Positions 47,540 to 59,505 of a DNA stretch of 59,505 nucleotides are shown here, in pieces. A program made the translations under genes and the position numbers. Position 1 is the first letter of the stretch. Each line of letters opens with the position of its first letter. A model generated the notes under the pieces. The model saw only the letters and a program-made list of their open reading frames with translations, was not told where the DNA came from and searched no databases. Source of the DNA: Tricharina praecox (taxonomy: Eukaryota); the NCBI RefSeq assembly GCF_024521635.1, contig NW_026250449.1, positions 62,001-121,505 of the forward strand. The letters run 5' to 3'.

Positions 47540-48058
47540 CGTCCGGATTCTTGCAGTGGAATTCTCACAGTTTCTCCCGACCACCTACTGAAACGTTGTT
47601 GAAAGGCTCATGAGTCCAATCCCGTTTGTTGGGGTATTTGAGCCATTTCACAATGTAGAGTACGCGCCGTCCTTTCTTGGTGCTACTCATAACCTCCTCG
47701 ATATCGTATTCCTCATTGCTGTCGACGTCATCCGCTTCCCGGACTATTTTGCACGGGCCGGGAGATCTCGGTTGCCTGCTCGGTATGGATTGACAAGGGA
47801 CACATGGAAGACATTATGTATTCTCCGTTTCCGAAGTAGCGTGAGCTTGACGGCGAGGGGGGAAACGAACCTCTTGATTTGGAACGGGCCATGACTTTTG
47901 TGGTCCAGTTTCCTCGAGGGGCGGCGAGTTTGGATGTTCCGTCCGCTGAGCATTACCAGGTCTCCTACCTGATAAGCGGGGGCCTCTTGGCGACGTTGGT
48001 AGGCGTAGCGGCGCATGCATTCCTGTGTTTGCTCAAGGGACTTGATGGTCTCTGTCAC
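47540..48058 (-). mobile_element. Integrase C-terminus and chromodomain remnant of a different Gypsy family
   Basis: APAYQVGDLVMLSGRNIQTRRPSRKLDHKSHGPF..IHNVFHVSL, then EYDIEEVMS..VLYIVKW..WTHEP. Confidence 0.8.
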
Positions 48059-48911
48059 AGTTCAGAATCTTGGCCTTAAGTAGCTACTGGGATGATAGCC
48101 GTCAGCCATCAAAATACCTTTTGGTCAAGTGGTATAGTACTTTCCCAGTGTACTTGATTACAGTACTGTCTTGGCTCGCGACGGAATGACGAAGCGAGGG
48201 TGGGCACAAGGATCGGGAGAGTTGGGGGGCAGTGCAGAGGCAGTGCACCGGCAGTGCAAGGATGAATCGCAGAGGATTGGGGGCTGTGTGCAGGGAGCAG
48301 GGATAGCGCAGTAATGAGCCGTAGGAGATTGGGGCTGTGTGCAGGAAGCAGGGGTAGTGCGGCTGCGCAGGGTATGAGTCACGGAAGTGGGGTACTGGCA
48401 AGGTGGATTTCTCAGGGTCTGGCACACGCCCACGGTCATTGTCAGGTTGCGGGAAGAAGTGGAGGATTTTCTATATAAACGGGCCGTTGCCCCTCTGTAT
48501 TTAGTTCTTCACGCAACAACTTGTTAATTCAACCACTGTTACCTCTGTCCTTGCTTCAGCTGCCGTCTGCGCCGTAGTCTTTGTCCCTGCCTCTGTTCTC
48601 AATTGCCGTCTGCACTGAGCCCTGCGTCACCTTGTCCCCTGAACCCGTCCTGCCTCTGCTGGACCCAGAACCCGATCACCAGCCCGACTTCGCTACCTGG
48701 AGCCTTGCCCGACCCTGTCGTTACACTTTGTTGCGTCCCCTATCTCTCCACCTAGCGAACTACCATCGCCACCAACACTCAGGTACCCGACGTCACCCAG
48801 CGGGACAAAGTACCACTGGCACCTCCCTTCTACCGAGAAATTCCTGCTGCCATCTATAAACAAGTCGAAATCATTGTCAATCATGATGCAGCCGCCGATG
48901 ATGCAACTCTG

Positions 48912-49962
48912 ATGGGGTTGTACAAAGGATTCAAAATCCTCGCCCGCGCAATCAACCTATCCCCAATAGCCGTACCGACCTGGCGATTCGACGATCTCGA
49001 AGAAAAACTTGCTGACGCTCGCCGCATCGCCAACCGCCTCGCCACCGTCGAAACCCAACCTCAAAGCTGCGCTGAGCGTGTCCCAGAACCAGCCATGTTT
49101 AACGGAACACGCGAGAAACTGGAAGGATTCGTTGCGCAACTTCGACTCGAGCTGTACAGCGACCCAGCCCGTTTCCCAACTCCAGCACTCCGAATGGCCT
49201 ATGCCTTCAACCGCTTGGAAGGCCGCGCCCAAGCCCAGAACCTGCCGTACATCGAAAATCACAACATCACCCTCACCTACGCTGATGCAATCATCACACT
49301 CCTGAACAACGCATTTGGTGACCCTGACCCAGCGGCCACCGCTCGAGCCAAGCTACACCACCTGAAACAAGGCAATAAGGAGTCCACCTCCTACTTTGCG
49401 CAATTCCAGATGCTTGTCTCCAAGCTCAATTGGGACAAGCATGCGAAGCTTGACGCGCTGCGAGAAGGAGTATCCATCGAACTCCACCGGCAACTTGTCA
49501 GCCGTACTCAGGGCCTCAACTACGATGAGTTTGTGGCCACTCTGTCAACGCCTTGACTCCGAGCTGCGTGCCCTCCAACTTCGTGAGGGACGCTGCACCA
49601 CCAACCCCCCTCGGCAGAGTAGCGCCCCACACCCCACGGCGCCGGCCAGGCGCACCACCCACAACACCATGCCCGCGACGACCACTGCCACAGGAATGGC
49701 CCCCAGAGCCATGGACTTGAGAGCCAACAGCTGCAGGATCCCAGACCAAGACCGTGCTGCCCGGCTCCGCGAAGGCCGCTGTCTGTACTGTGGGGGAAGT
49801 GGCCACATGGCCAGGCACTGTCCCAACAAGAACCGAAATCTGTTCCGAGCAGCCGTTGCCCGGCTGGAGTCAGCCCAGCCCACCAACACCACCCCGGCTG
49901 ACACCTATCACACCTGCAACCAGGATTGTGGCGGGACCATCCAGCAGTCGGGAAAAGCCTAG
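48912..49962 (+). pseudogene. gag: gag (capsid plus CCHC zinc knuckle), frameshifted near 49545
   Basis: PEPAMFNGTREKLEGFVAQL..AFGDPD..LKQG; CLYCGGSGHMARHCP. Confidence 0.88.
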
Positions 49963-50053
49963 ACCAACAACCGCTTGATGGCACTGTTGTTGGACGTACC
50001 CAAGATAAGTCTTTGTCTCCTATGTCCCCTATTTTTCGTTTTCTAGTCTCTCG

Positions 50054-53000
50054 GTGTCAGGAATGATTGTGGAAGAATCATCAATGGAAGGAAAACATCA
50101 TGTTGTATTGTGTAACCTTTCGTTTGGTGACAAAACGATTGCCACGCATGCGCTGATCGATTGTGGGGCAACCGGAATTGCATTTGTAGACACAGACTTC
50201 GCCGGCCATCACCACCTACCCCTCGTACCCCTGAAATCCCCGCGAAGTCTCGAAGTCATCGATGGCCGTCCCATCGAGTCAGGCGACATCACACATGTTG
50301 CCACCACCACCCTGTCCATACAGGAACACCACGAAGAAATCTCTATGTTTGTCACCAAACTAGGCCACTATCCCGTTGTACTCGGAATTCCCTGGATGGA
50401 CCTCCACGATGTGGCCATCCGGTTCAGCTCCCGAACCCTCACCTTTGGCTCCCAATACTGTACAGCCAACTGCAATGCGGTGCCCTGAGTTGCACATGGA
50501 ATCACCACCAACCCTCCTGACGTATCTACCTATGCTCTCTTGCAAAAGCAGCTCAGCAAGAGCCAGCGGTAAGCGCGGGGGCTGGCGACATCGTGGCCCG
50601 CTACATTACGTCTCCCCCAAGGAAGAATCACCAAGAATGCACTAACCTTTTGAGGCAAAGCACAGTCAGAATCTCAGCCTTACAGATGGAGTCATTCCAA
50701 GAACTGGTCAACAAGGAAAGCCTCACGATTTTCAACACCACGCTTGCCGAGGTCAACGGCGCACTGGAAGGAAACAAGGACCCCACGGCACATATCCCTC
50801 ACGAATACCACGAGTTCCTACCGCTGTTCTCTGAAGCCCTTGCCCAGAACTTGCCTCCGCACCGACACTACGGCCATAAGATTCCACTCAAGGAGGGATT
50901 TACACCCCCATACGGACAACTGTACTCACTTTCGAAAACGGAGCTTGTCGCACTGAAGGAATGCCTTGACGACAACCTCAGCAAAGGTTTCGTCCGTGCC
51001 TCTTCCTCTCCAGCAGCATTGCCAATCCTGTCTGTCAAGAAATCGGACGGCTCCCTACGCCTGTGTGTGGATTACAAGGGCCTGAACGAAGGAACAATCA
51101 AGAACAGGTACCCACTCCCCTTCTCCAAGAAACTCGGATGCGGCTATCCGGGGCAAAATACTTCACCACCCTGGATATCCGCGGTGCCTACAACCTTGTG
51201 GGGATGGCGGAAGTAGAAGAGTGGAAAACTGCCTTCCGGACACGCTATGGGCTCTTCGAATCCCTCGTCATGCCCTTCGGTCTCACCAACGCCCCTGCCG
51301 ACTTCCGAGCTCTGATTCACGATGTGCTACGCCCGTTCCTCGACCACTTCTGTACCGCATTCATCGATGACGTCTTCATTTACAGCGGATCCTTAGATGA
51401 ACACCGGAAACATGTCAGGAAAGTACTTCAGACCTTATCAGCAGCCGGTCTACATCTCAAGCCCGAAAAATGTCATTTCCACCAGACGGAAGTCAAGTAT
51501 TTGGGACTGATCATTACAACAAACGGGATCAAGATGGACTCAGCGAAAGTTTCCTGCATACTGGAATGGGAGGAGCCGAGTACCGTCACCGATGTGCAAT
51601 TCTTTCTGGGATTTGCAAACTTCTATCGGCGATTCATGCATGACTATTCCAAGGTGGTATCCCCATTGACAGCATTGACCAAGAAGGAGGATGGAAAGTA
51701 TGTTCCCTTCGTGTGGGGACCGGAACAGCAGAAAGGATTCGACGAATTAAAAACAGCATTCACCTCGGCCCCGATCCTCCGGCACTTTGAATACGATCGG
51801 CAGATAGTAGTGGAAACTGACGCCCCCGACTACGTCTCTGCCGGAGTCCTATCTCAGTACGGCGACGAGGGAATCTTGCACCCAGTGGCATTCTATTCCA
51901 AGAAACACTCCCCGGCAGAATGCAACTACGAGATCTATGACAAAGAACTCCTTGCAATCATCCGCGCCTTTGAGGAGTGGAGACCACATCTGGAGGGTGC
52001 TCCTCACCCCATCCAAGTCCTAAGCGGCCACAAGAATCTGGAGTATTTCATGACAACGAAACTACTCAACCGACAACAAGCGCGATGGTCAGAGTTCCTT
52101 TCCCGTTTCCATTTCAAGATTGTCTACCGACCAGGCAAAGCAGGAGGAAAACCGGAAGCACTGACCAGGAGGTCAGGAGACCTCCTTAAAGAAGGGGATG
52201 AAAGACTGCTTGCCAACCAGCAGGCAGTCTTGAAACCGGACAACCTACCGGAAGAGCTTCGGTTGGCAGCAAACAACACATCCGGACAAGACCGTCCCCT
52301 CTTCACGTCACTGATAACAGAAGGCTACGACATAGACCCCGTCCCTAATCGAATCCTCAAGCTACTCCGAAATGGTACACGCCACTCGAAGGAGATCTCC
52401 TTGGCCGAATGCCGCGGAGTCAACGGGCAACTGATCTACAGAGACGGCCTCTATGTTCCAGAGTACGACCGACTCCGACTACGACTGATCCAGGACCACC
52501 ATGACCCACCGACCATGGGGCACCCAGGGCGCGCGAAAACCCTGGAACTACTTGCTCGGAGGTACTACTGGCCACAGATGCGAAAGAAAGTTGACCAGTT
52601 TGTCCGAAACTGCCACACCTGCCGGCGAACCAAGGCCACATGGCACGCACCCTATGGTTTCCTGCGCCCCCTCCCAGTACCCGAGAAGCCATGGCAACAC
52701 ATCTCAGTCGACTTTGTCACTGGCTTACCAGCCTCAAAGGGGTTTGACGCCATCTGTGTTTTTGTTGACCGACTGACCAAGCAACGCCATCTCCTACCAT
52801 GTACCACGACCATCACCTCGGAAGGACTGGCCGAGCTGTTCTGCGACCGGATCTTCAGGTACCACGGGTTGCCAGAAACCATTATCTCGGATAGGGGTCA
52901 CCAGTTTGCCTCGGGATTCTGGAAACACCTATGCTCATGCCTCAAGATCGAGCCACGCCTGTCGACTGCCTTCCACCCCCAGACCGACGGCCAAACCGAA

Positions 53001-53797
53001 CGGATGAACGCCGTCAGGGAACAGCACCTCCGCGCGTACGTCAGCTACCTCCAGGATGACTGGGGCGACTACCTGTTCTTGGCCGTATTCGCTGGCAAAA
53101 ACCAGGTCTCCGACACGGCTACCCTGTCCCCATTCTTCGCTAACCCAGGATACCACCCACGGTGTGACTTTGAGCTGGATATCCGTGTCGACACCAAGGA
53201 GGAACATCAAGCTCAGAGTGCAGCGAAACGGTTGCATCAAATTCACGATGTCGCCCGCAGCCAAATGCGGGATACCCAGGCACGGCAACAGGACGACTCC
53301 GACCGACACCGAACCCCTGCGCCAGCCTTCCAACCAGGCGATATGGTATGGGTGGATGGTTGGAACTGGCGCACAGAGAGACCCAGTCGCAAGCTGGAAA
53401 ACAAACACCATGGTGCCTACCGTGTAATTCGGACAATCGAAACCCACGCCTACGAATTAGACATCCCAAACACCATTCAGAAGCACCGAACATTTCCTGT
53501 ATTCCTCTTTCATGCCTCTGCTGATGATCCCTTCACTGGACAAATTCCACCGCCACCACTTCCAGTAATTGTGGACGACCAAGAAGAATGGGCGGTTGAA
53601 GAGGTCCTCGACAGCCGGAATCTCAGGGGCAAACTCCAGTACCTGGTGAAATGGAGAGGCTACGCAGCACCAACATGGGAACCAGAGGAGAACCTTACCG
53701 AGGTAGAAGCTGTGGACGACTTCCATCGACGATACCCCATGCAGCCTGGACCAGTCGAACTTGCTCTCGTGGGAACTCGAGCCATAGGAGGGACTAC
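50054..53797 (+). pseudogene. pol: pol polyprotein (protease, RT, RNase H, integrase, chromodomain) with a stop at 50486 and frameshifts including one near 51120
   Basis: ALIDCGATG; LRLCVDY; MPFGLTNAPA; FIDDVFIYS; VETDAPDY; HHCC zinc finger; SVDFVTGLP, ISDRG, GQTER; EWAVEEVLDSR..YLVKWRGY..TWEP. Confidence 0.93.
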
Positions 53798-53913
53798 TGT
53801 TACGGCGCGTGAGGCAATGACGAAGGGAGGGTCAGCACAAGGATCGGGAGAGTTGGGGGGCAGTGCAGAGGCAGTGCACCCGCAGTGCAAGGATGAGCCG
53901 CAGAGGATTGGGG

Positions 53914-54603
53914 TGTGAGACTGGAACGAGCTTGCGTCGTCGGAGTCTATGGTAATATCGAATATAGAATAAAAGTCAGGGATTTCGATAATCCACAACG
54001 GAATAATCTTAAGGGTGTTTCTTCGATGGTTTGTTCGGTGCGATGATTGTAGTTTGGTTCGGTTGCCCGCTCGGTTCGGCTTATAGTCGTTCCGATCCTC
54101 AGCACGTGATATCTATAGAGTACGGCCTAACGTAGCTCCGTTGCTTCCTTTGCATCGGAGTTCCTCGGCCTAGCCTCAAGTCCTCGTCAGCTCTCCTCGG
54201 ATAGTCTTCTCGACTAGGCAGGTGGTAAACAGCACGCGCCCAAGATAGATCGGAGTTTCTGAGCAATTATCTCCCTCATGCGCAGGCAGAGTTCTTCGCT
54301 CGAAGTTGTCTGCCCCCATCAGTCGATGTTCAATTCTCTCATCATAACAGTTTTTCCCTGGATCGGAGTTCCTACTGCGGGGCCCTATGAACGCAGATCT
54401 CAAAGTCCTCTGGACTGTTATCCCGATCTCCCGCATCTCCGATCACTGTCTAGACTCTGGAATCTGTTTGCTCCCTCCTTCCTATCTTGTCCTCGATCGC
54501 TTCTAACTGTCCTTTCGGCTCGCAATTCTATTTTGATCACCTGAACTATCTAATCACATCTCTTGCGACCGTCGTGACCTCCGATACCTATCGCGGTGTC
54601 ACA
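53914..54603 (-). mobile_element. Solo LTR, family A/B (690 bp), inserted in the 3' LTR of the chromovirus
   Basis: TGTGAGAC..GTGTCACA ends; flanks TGGGG and TGAGG; the host LTR resumes after it. Confidence 0.92.
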
Positions 54604-55059
54604 TGAGGGCTGTGTGCAGGGAGCAGGGATAGCGCAGCAATGAGTCGTAGGGGATTGGGGCTGTGTGCAGGAAGCAGGGGCCGTGCGGCTGCGCAGCGTA
54701 TGAGTCACAGAAGTGGGGGTACTGGCAAAGTTGATTTCTCAGCGTCTGGCACACGCCCATGGTCATTGTCAGGTTGCGGGAAGAAGTGGAGGATTTTCTA
54801 TATAAAAGGGCCGTTGCCCCTCTGTATTTAGTTCTTCACGCAACAACTTGTTAATTCAACCACTGTTACCTCTGTCCTTGCCTAGGCTGCTGTCTGCGCC
54901 GTAGTCCTTGTCTCTGCCTCTGTTCTCAGTTGCCGTCTGCATTGAGCCCTGCCTCACCTTGTCCCCTGAACCCGTCTCGCCTCTGCAGAACCCAGAACCC
55001 AGAACCCGATCCTCAGCCCGACTACGCTACCTGGAGCCTTGCCCGACCGTGCCGTTACA

Positions 55060-55110
55060 ATCACATCACTTGCGACCGTCGTGACCTGCGATACCTATCG
55101 GGGAGTCACA
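55060..55110 (-). mobile_element. Terminal fragment of a family A/B LTR
   Basis: ATCACATC.CTTGCGACCGTCGTGACC..GATACCTATCGGGG.GTCACA matches 43718-43768. Confidence 0.8.
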
Positions 55111-55759
55111 CTTCGCCAGCGACAGAGCCGCCATCCTTCCCATCATCAACGGGGGCAGCAACGTCTCCATCGACATTGTTCCCATCACCACAGCCGCCAT
55201 CCTCCCTAGCTTCACCAGCGACATCGTCAACGACGAGGGACACTGCATGGACATCAGTAAAATCCCCAAGGGTGAAAAACAATATACATACTGGCATCAA
55301 TAGTCTGCTGAATGGTCTGGTGCAGCTTGAGCTAACTGTGGACAGAGTCGATAAGATGGCACATAATACTGTCATGGCCGTCTTTCGTTCTGATTCGCCC
55401 AGCGTGCAACTTCGGGACGAGTGCCGCTCTCCTTCTCCAAGTCTTCTATCTCAGCAGAGGAGGATGCCGTTTGCCGGTTCGTCTTCCGCCACTCTGCCAC
55501 TTCTTTTTCTGATGCGCATTAGATAAGATCGGTTTCTATTAGTCAAGGAAAGAAAACTCGCCCATATTGTGCGCCATTTGTCTCGTAGACGACCCAGCTT
55601 TGTCTTCTAACACCACCTTTAATACAACAGCTCCAATCACCAATGTAACGACAAAAGAGCAACAAAGTAATATATAAGCTAGGGTGGAAGAGTAGATCTT
55701 CTGGATGGGGGATACCAAAAACAAACACGCGGGGACAAGTCCTTATCACGTCTTCTGAA

Positions 55760-56400
55760 GCTGTTTTCCGGTTTCTGCGACCTGCGATCGCCCCTCCCCT
55801 CCCCCCTCCCCCTCCTCCCCGCTCTTCTGGGAGTTCAGAACGGTTCACCGCGCAGGTGCGAAACCGGTATCTGGCTGCCTGTCTTCTGAGCCCGGCTCTC
55901 CCAGTGCAGGGGGTTCTGAACACTCACTGCACAGGTGCAGGAGTTTACATATCTGTGCTATTCGGCTTCTCTATCTTCCAGCCCCGCTCTTCTGGGGGTT
56001 CAGAACAGTTCACCGCGCAGGTGCAGGGATTTGCATATCTAGCGCAAACCAGTCCAGCCCCGCTCTTCTATCCGCAGGTATGCACGGTTATTGCAAGCCT
56101 GGGGGCCAGACTGCAGAAAGCGGGGCCATGAGATAGGATTCAAACCTTGCACCTGGGTGCTGCGCATGTCCAATATCCGGCCATTTGCACTGGGCGCTGC
56201 GCATGGCCATTCTTAATCCCCCACAGCAGGGGTCAGACGACAGCAACCGGAAAACAAGGAAAAGTAGAAAACAGTACTCAAAAAACTGCAGCTGTGCGAT
56301 CCCTTGCCATGTTCGGGGAGCAGGGCTCAGACGACAGGTTTCAGAAGGCGGATGGCAGATCGCAGCAATCGTAAAACAAAGAAAAGTAGAAAACAGGTTA
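55760..56400. repeat. Cluster of short direct and inverted repeats, possibly a DNA-transposon end
   Basis: CCCCGCTCTTCTGGG.GTTCAGAAC.GTTCACCGCGCAGGTGC at about 55817 and 55982; AAAACAA.GAAAAGTAGAAAACAG at about 56251 and 56373; inverted CTGTTTTCCGGTT at 55761. Confidence 0.55.
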
Positions 56401-56600
56401 CGTGTGGAGGCTGGGTGCAAGGATTTGCAGAGACCAGCCGTGCAGCCAGCGTTTACAGCGCGTGGGAGGGGCGTTCAAATAGAGCCGCTCCCGCCGCCCT
56501 TGGAGAGCATACACTGCAGTACATCTCACATCCTACATCACATCCTACAGCCCTAAGCCAGAGTCAAATAACCGATAAAACATCTATCAGACCCTACAAC

Positions 56601-57371
56601 ATGGCCGTGACACACTCTTCGACATCTTCTTCGTCTCCTGTTACCCCTCCAATGACGCCAAAATAAAAACCCACGGGAGCTCGAACGACCGGCTCGGCGC
56701 ATTCCATCCCGCCCAGCGCCCACCCCGGTCCTGCTCCAACGACTACCACATCCCCCGCCGATTCTGGTTCCGCTCCGACGATCAAACCCGGTCCCGCTCC
56801 AACAACTACCGCATCCACCGCCGATTCCGATCGAGCTCAAACGACTGCCACACCCGCTACCACCGCTGACCCTGATTCCGCCCCCAAAATGCCACAAGCA
56901 TCGTCGATAGCGTTTTGCATACTGGTAATTATCGGAATCCTGATGATGATCTGGCGTTATTCATCATCTTCACCATCTTCACCATTTCGAGATTTCTCTG
57001 GTTCTTCCGTCTATAGAGCACCCAGGCCAACAATGGGAGCATATCCCAGGCGTTCCGGCCAGACAATCAACCTTCCACCGGCCACTCTTTGCACCCCCCT
57101 CCATACCCAGCTGTTCCTATGGGTCATGTCACTTATCCTACCCTACTTTGTGGCATGGCTGTTTAACCGGGCACCCAAAATGTACGTTGTGGACCCTTTG
57201 ATATTTCACATTATCAGGGGAATTTTTCTTCATTTCACTTTCCATGAACTAACTTGTTTCGCCACGGTCACTTGTACTGCAAATGAAGTTAGTACACCGG
57301 AACTACCTCTTGTCACGGATGTCGTCTGTGTATTCTTCCCGTTCTGGGAGGTTTTGTTGAGAGGCAGCTGA
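56601..57371 (+). pseudogene. Ser/Thr/Pro-rich putative membrane protein with one in-frame TAA (56664)
   Basis: ATG 56601 is in frame with ORF 56889-57371; PGPAPTTT repeats followed by hydrophobic segments. Confidence 0.3.
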
Positions 57372-57456
57372 GGGGCGGTAGAAGAGAGGAAGCCGCGGCG
57401 GATTATGCGGGGGTTTCATGGATTAGGTGGGGTGGCGAGTCTGGGATAGCGGCGGC

Positions 57457-57500
57457 ATGGGGGATGGGGGGATGGGGGGATGGGGGGATGGGGGGATGGG
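57457..57500. repeat. (ATGGGGGG)n G-rich minisatellite
   Basis: Five G5-6 runs separated by AT. Confidence 0.9.
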
Positions 57501-59150
57501 AGGGCTTTGTTTATTGTTTATTGATTCAGAGTCGGGGATAGCGGCGGCGTGGGTGATGGGGTGATTGTAGCATATTGCAAGGAGTCAGGAAAATACAGAT
57601 ATATTTGACGGCCCATACTCGTCTCTCTTCATCCAGCCTATCCATTGTCAACTACTTTTCAACGCTCAACCTTCTATCCCATTAAGTTGTCATACTTGTC
57701 CCCGGCAATAAAGCACCCGAGCCCCCTCCTACGATGTTTGTTGACCCAGCCGAGCTCCCTCCTACGATGTTTGTTCACCCACCTGAACCTTCCATCATAC
57801 TGATGGGGTTCCACATCCTTTTATTGATCCTTGGAGGGACACTATGTTTCTGGAGGCAACATACCGTGGCGACAACTCGAGCCATCATTCGTGAATTGCA
57901 AGCTGAACGCTCGCTGGAGCCATGTGAGCGATGTTCGCATCACGGTCCAAAAGCAAAGGAGGACGAGGACGATGAGCGATATTGGCACCAATCCCACCCA
58001 CCCTCCTCCCAATACAGATCGCGGCCGGCGCGAAACGATTAGGACGATGACAATGACAATGACAATCGTCGACGAAGTTCCACGTCTGGGAGCGCACAGC
58101 GAAACAACAACCATAGTCCGCACCCATTGCAGAGCACACCTCGCGAAGGCTCGTATTTCCAATCAGTACAATCATCTTCACCCCGAAGTATTAACTTCAG
58201 CGAGCTTTTCTGCGATGGACACCCCACATGCCCCCCAAGAGCCGGTGCTCGACTTGTATCACGGCAGGTTGTCGCCGATTTTCACACCTCACAGGCATAC
58301 GCAGATACAGACGCAGAATTCAATTATGGCTCCTTCCTGCCACGCTGAAATCCCAGACCCCAAGAGTATGGAGACACCGCGGATGGAGACCAAGCGGAGA
58401 CGTTCGGGCCAGGGCCGGCGGGCACGGAGACGGCGATGCAGCCGGATAATAGGAAGCTTTGGAGGACTGGAAAGCTGTGGAGGACCATCCGCACTGGTAT
58501 CGAAAACTCATGCAACACGGAGGACACCCTCACCTTGATCAAGTATTGTGTCCATCTCCGGGTGCTGAACCGGCTTCTGGCTATGGATGCCGATTTGGCT
58601 TTATTTGCACAAGCTATTGTGTTCCATTCCATACGCGGTTCCACCACTTCCAACTTCCTTCTGGTGTGCGTCGAAATTTACCTATTCATTTTTCCCTGGC
58701 CGCCGCCAGTATTGGTCTTGTTGCACTCGGTTTTGGTTGTATCCCTTTGTTTCCCCGTCACTTGGTTCAATTCTTTACGCCTCAGCCCGTCGGCGATATC
58801 GTCGTACCCCTACGATTCGGAGATACAACCACCCCCTTCTCCGTATAGGAGATAGGGCGAGTGGGGGGCCAGAACGAGGACGGGCATGTGGACGGGCATG
58901 TGGATGAGGATGAGGACGATGTTCGGGGAGGGAGAGGGCCCCAGGCTTCAAGAACTTTTAGCATATCCCTGCCATTCAAAGGCCCATTTTTTTTCGATTG
59001 GGTTTTAGGGATGTGCCGGTAACCGCGATGTGTCTCATGCACGGTCTCCGCTATCTCTTTCATTTCAAAATACATACCGGCCTTGTTGTACTAACTTAAT
59101 GCAATGCTCGCGGCTTCGTCTCGGTCAGTTTCGAGCGCTATCATCAGTGA

Positions 59151-59505
59151 TGTAACAGTTGTTCAACCAACAAGTTGTTGGGTGAGGGACCAACTACAGA
59201 CAGGCCACGACAGTTTATATAGGAAATCCTCCAATTGTTCCCGCAACCTAACAATTGCCATGGGCGTGTGCCAGACCATGAGAATTCCACCTTGTCAGTA
59301 CCCCGCTTTGGTGACTGATACCCTCGACAGCCGCGCTACCCTGCGTCTGTGACTCATACCCTGCGCAGCCGCGCTAACTCTGCTTGGAGCACACAGCCGA
59401 AATCCGCCGCTGCTCATCCTTGCGTTGCCGATGCACCCGTGTCACAGCCCGCGGCGCAATGACAACGGAAGGGCAGTTTCAAGGATCAAAATAGTTGGCA
59501 TGCAG
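59151..59505. mobile_element. Diverged family C LTR fragment (minus) and the start of another LTR at 59440 (plus)
   Basis: TTTATATAGGAAATCCTCCA..TTCCCGCAACCT.ACAAT..CC.TGGGCGTGTGCCAGACC matches about 44854-44917; TGTCACAGCCCGCGGCGCAATGAC resembles the LTR start. Confidence 0.75.

Larger units (their letters stand above)
48167..55059 (+). mobile_element. Near-full-length decayed Ty3/Gypsy chromovirus LTR retrotransposon, family C
   Basis: 5' LTR 48167-48725; 3' LTR 53798-55059 (interrupted); polypurine tract before 53798; gag-PR-RT-RH-IN-chromodomain order; flanks AGTAC and ATCAC do not match. Confidence 0.95.

Noticed and set aside
44155..48859. Recurrent ORFs such as MPDPEKS.., MTVGVCQT.. 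and MPSALSPA..
   Set aside because: Translations of family C LTR copies, not genes.
53798..53918. pol ORF extension into the 3' LTR
   Set aside because: Read-through into LTR sequence that ends at the inserted solo LTR; not a separate domain.
57734..59075. Several overlapping short ORFs, one with a hydrophobic segment
   Set aside because: No motif, codon bias or splice support sufficient to call a gene.
1..59505. Whole region as cargo of a Starship-type giant element
   Set aside because: No tyrosine-recombinase captain gene or element boundary is visible in this window.

Overview
Fungal genomic DNA with short spliceosomal introns and CTAAC/CTGAC branch sites; a filamentous ascomycete, probably a Pezizomycete (inference). 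Left half (1-30 kb) is an innate-immunity locus. It holds the 3' part of an ankyrin-SPRY gene and three paralogous NACHT-ankyrin NLR genes. NLR-1 is a pseudogene. NLR-2 is intact with a helical NACHT_N-type N-terminus. NLR-3 is intact, but its N-terminal domain is replaced by a 31-aa peptide spliced on through a GC-AG intron and an 8-nt micro-exon. That peptide (HFEFAGGEFHGGQTF) matches the C-terminus (HNEFNGGTFNGGQNW) of a stand-alone 77-aa N/G/T-rich microprotein encoded about 1 kb downstream. This is the layout of a fungal NLR amyloid-signalling pair, but the partner has no cell-death effector domain. The middle carries small orphan genes, a Cys-rich secreted peptide precursor, an OTT_1508-like deaminase and MITE-like elements. 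The right part (41.7-59.5 kb) is a nest of Ty3/Gypsy LTR retrotransposons: one near-complete decayed chromovirus, several solo LTRs with 5-bp TSDs, and fragments. Family assignments are by motif recognition; no database search was run.
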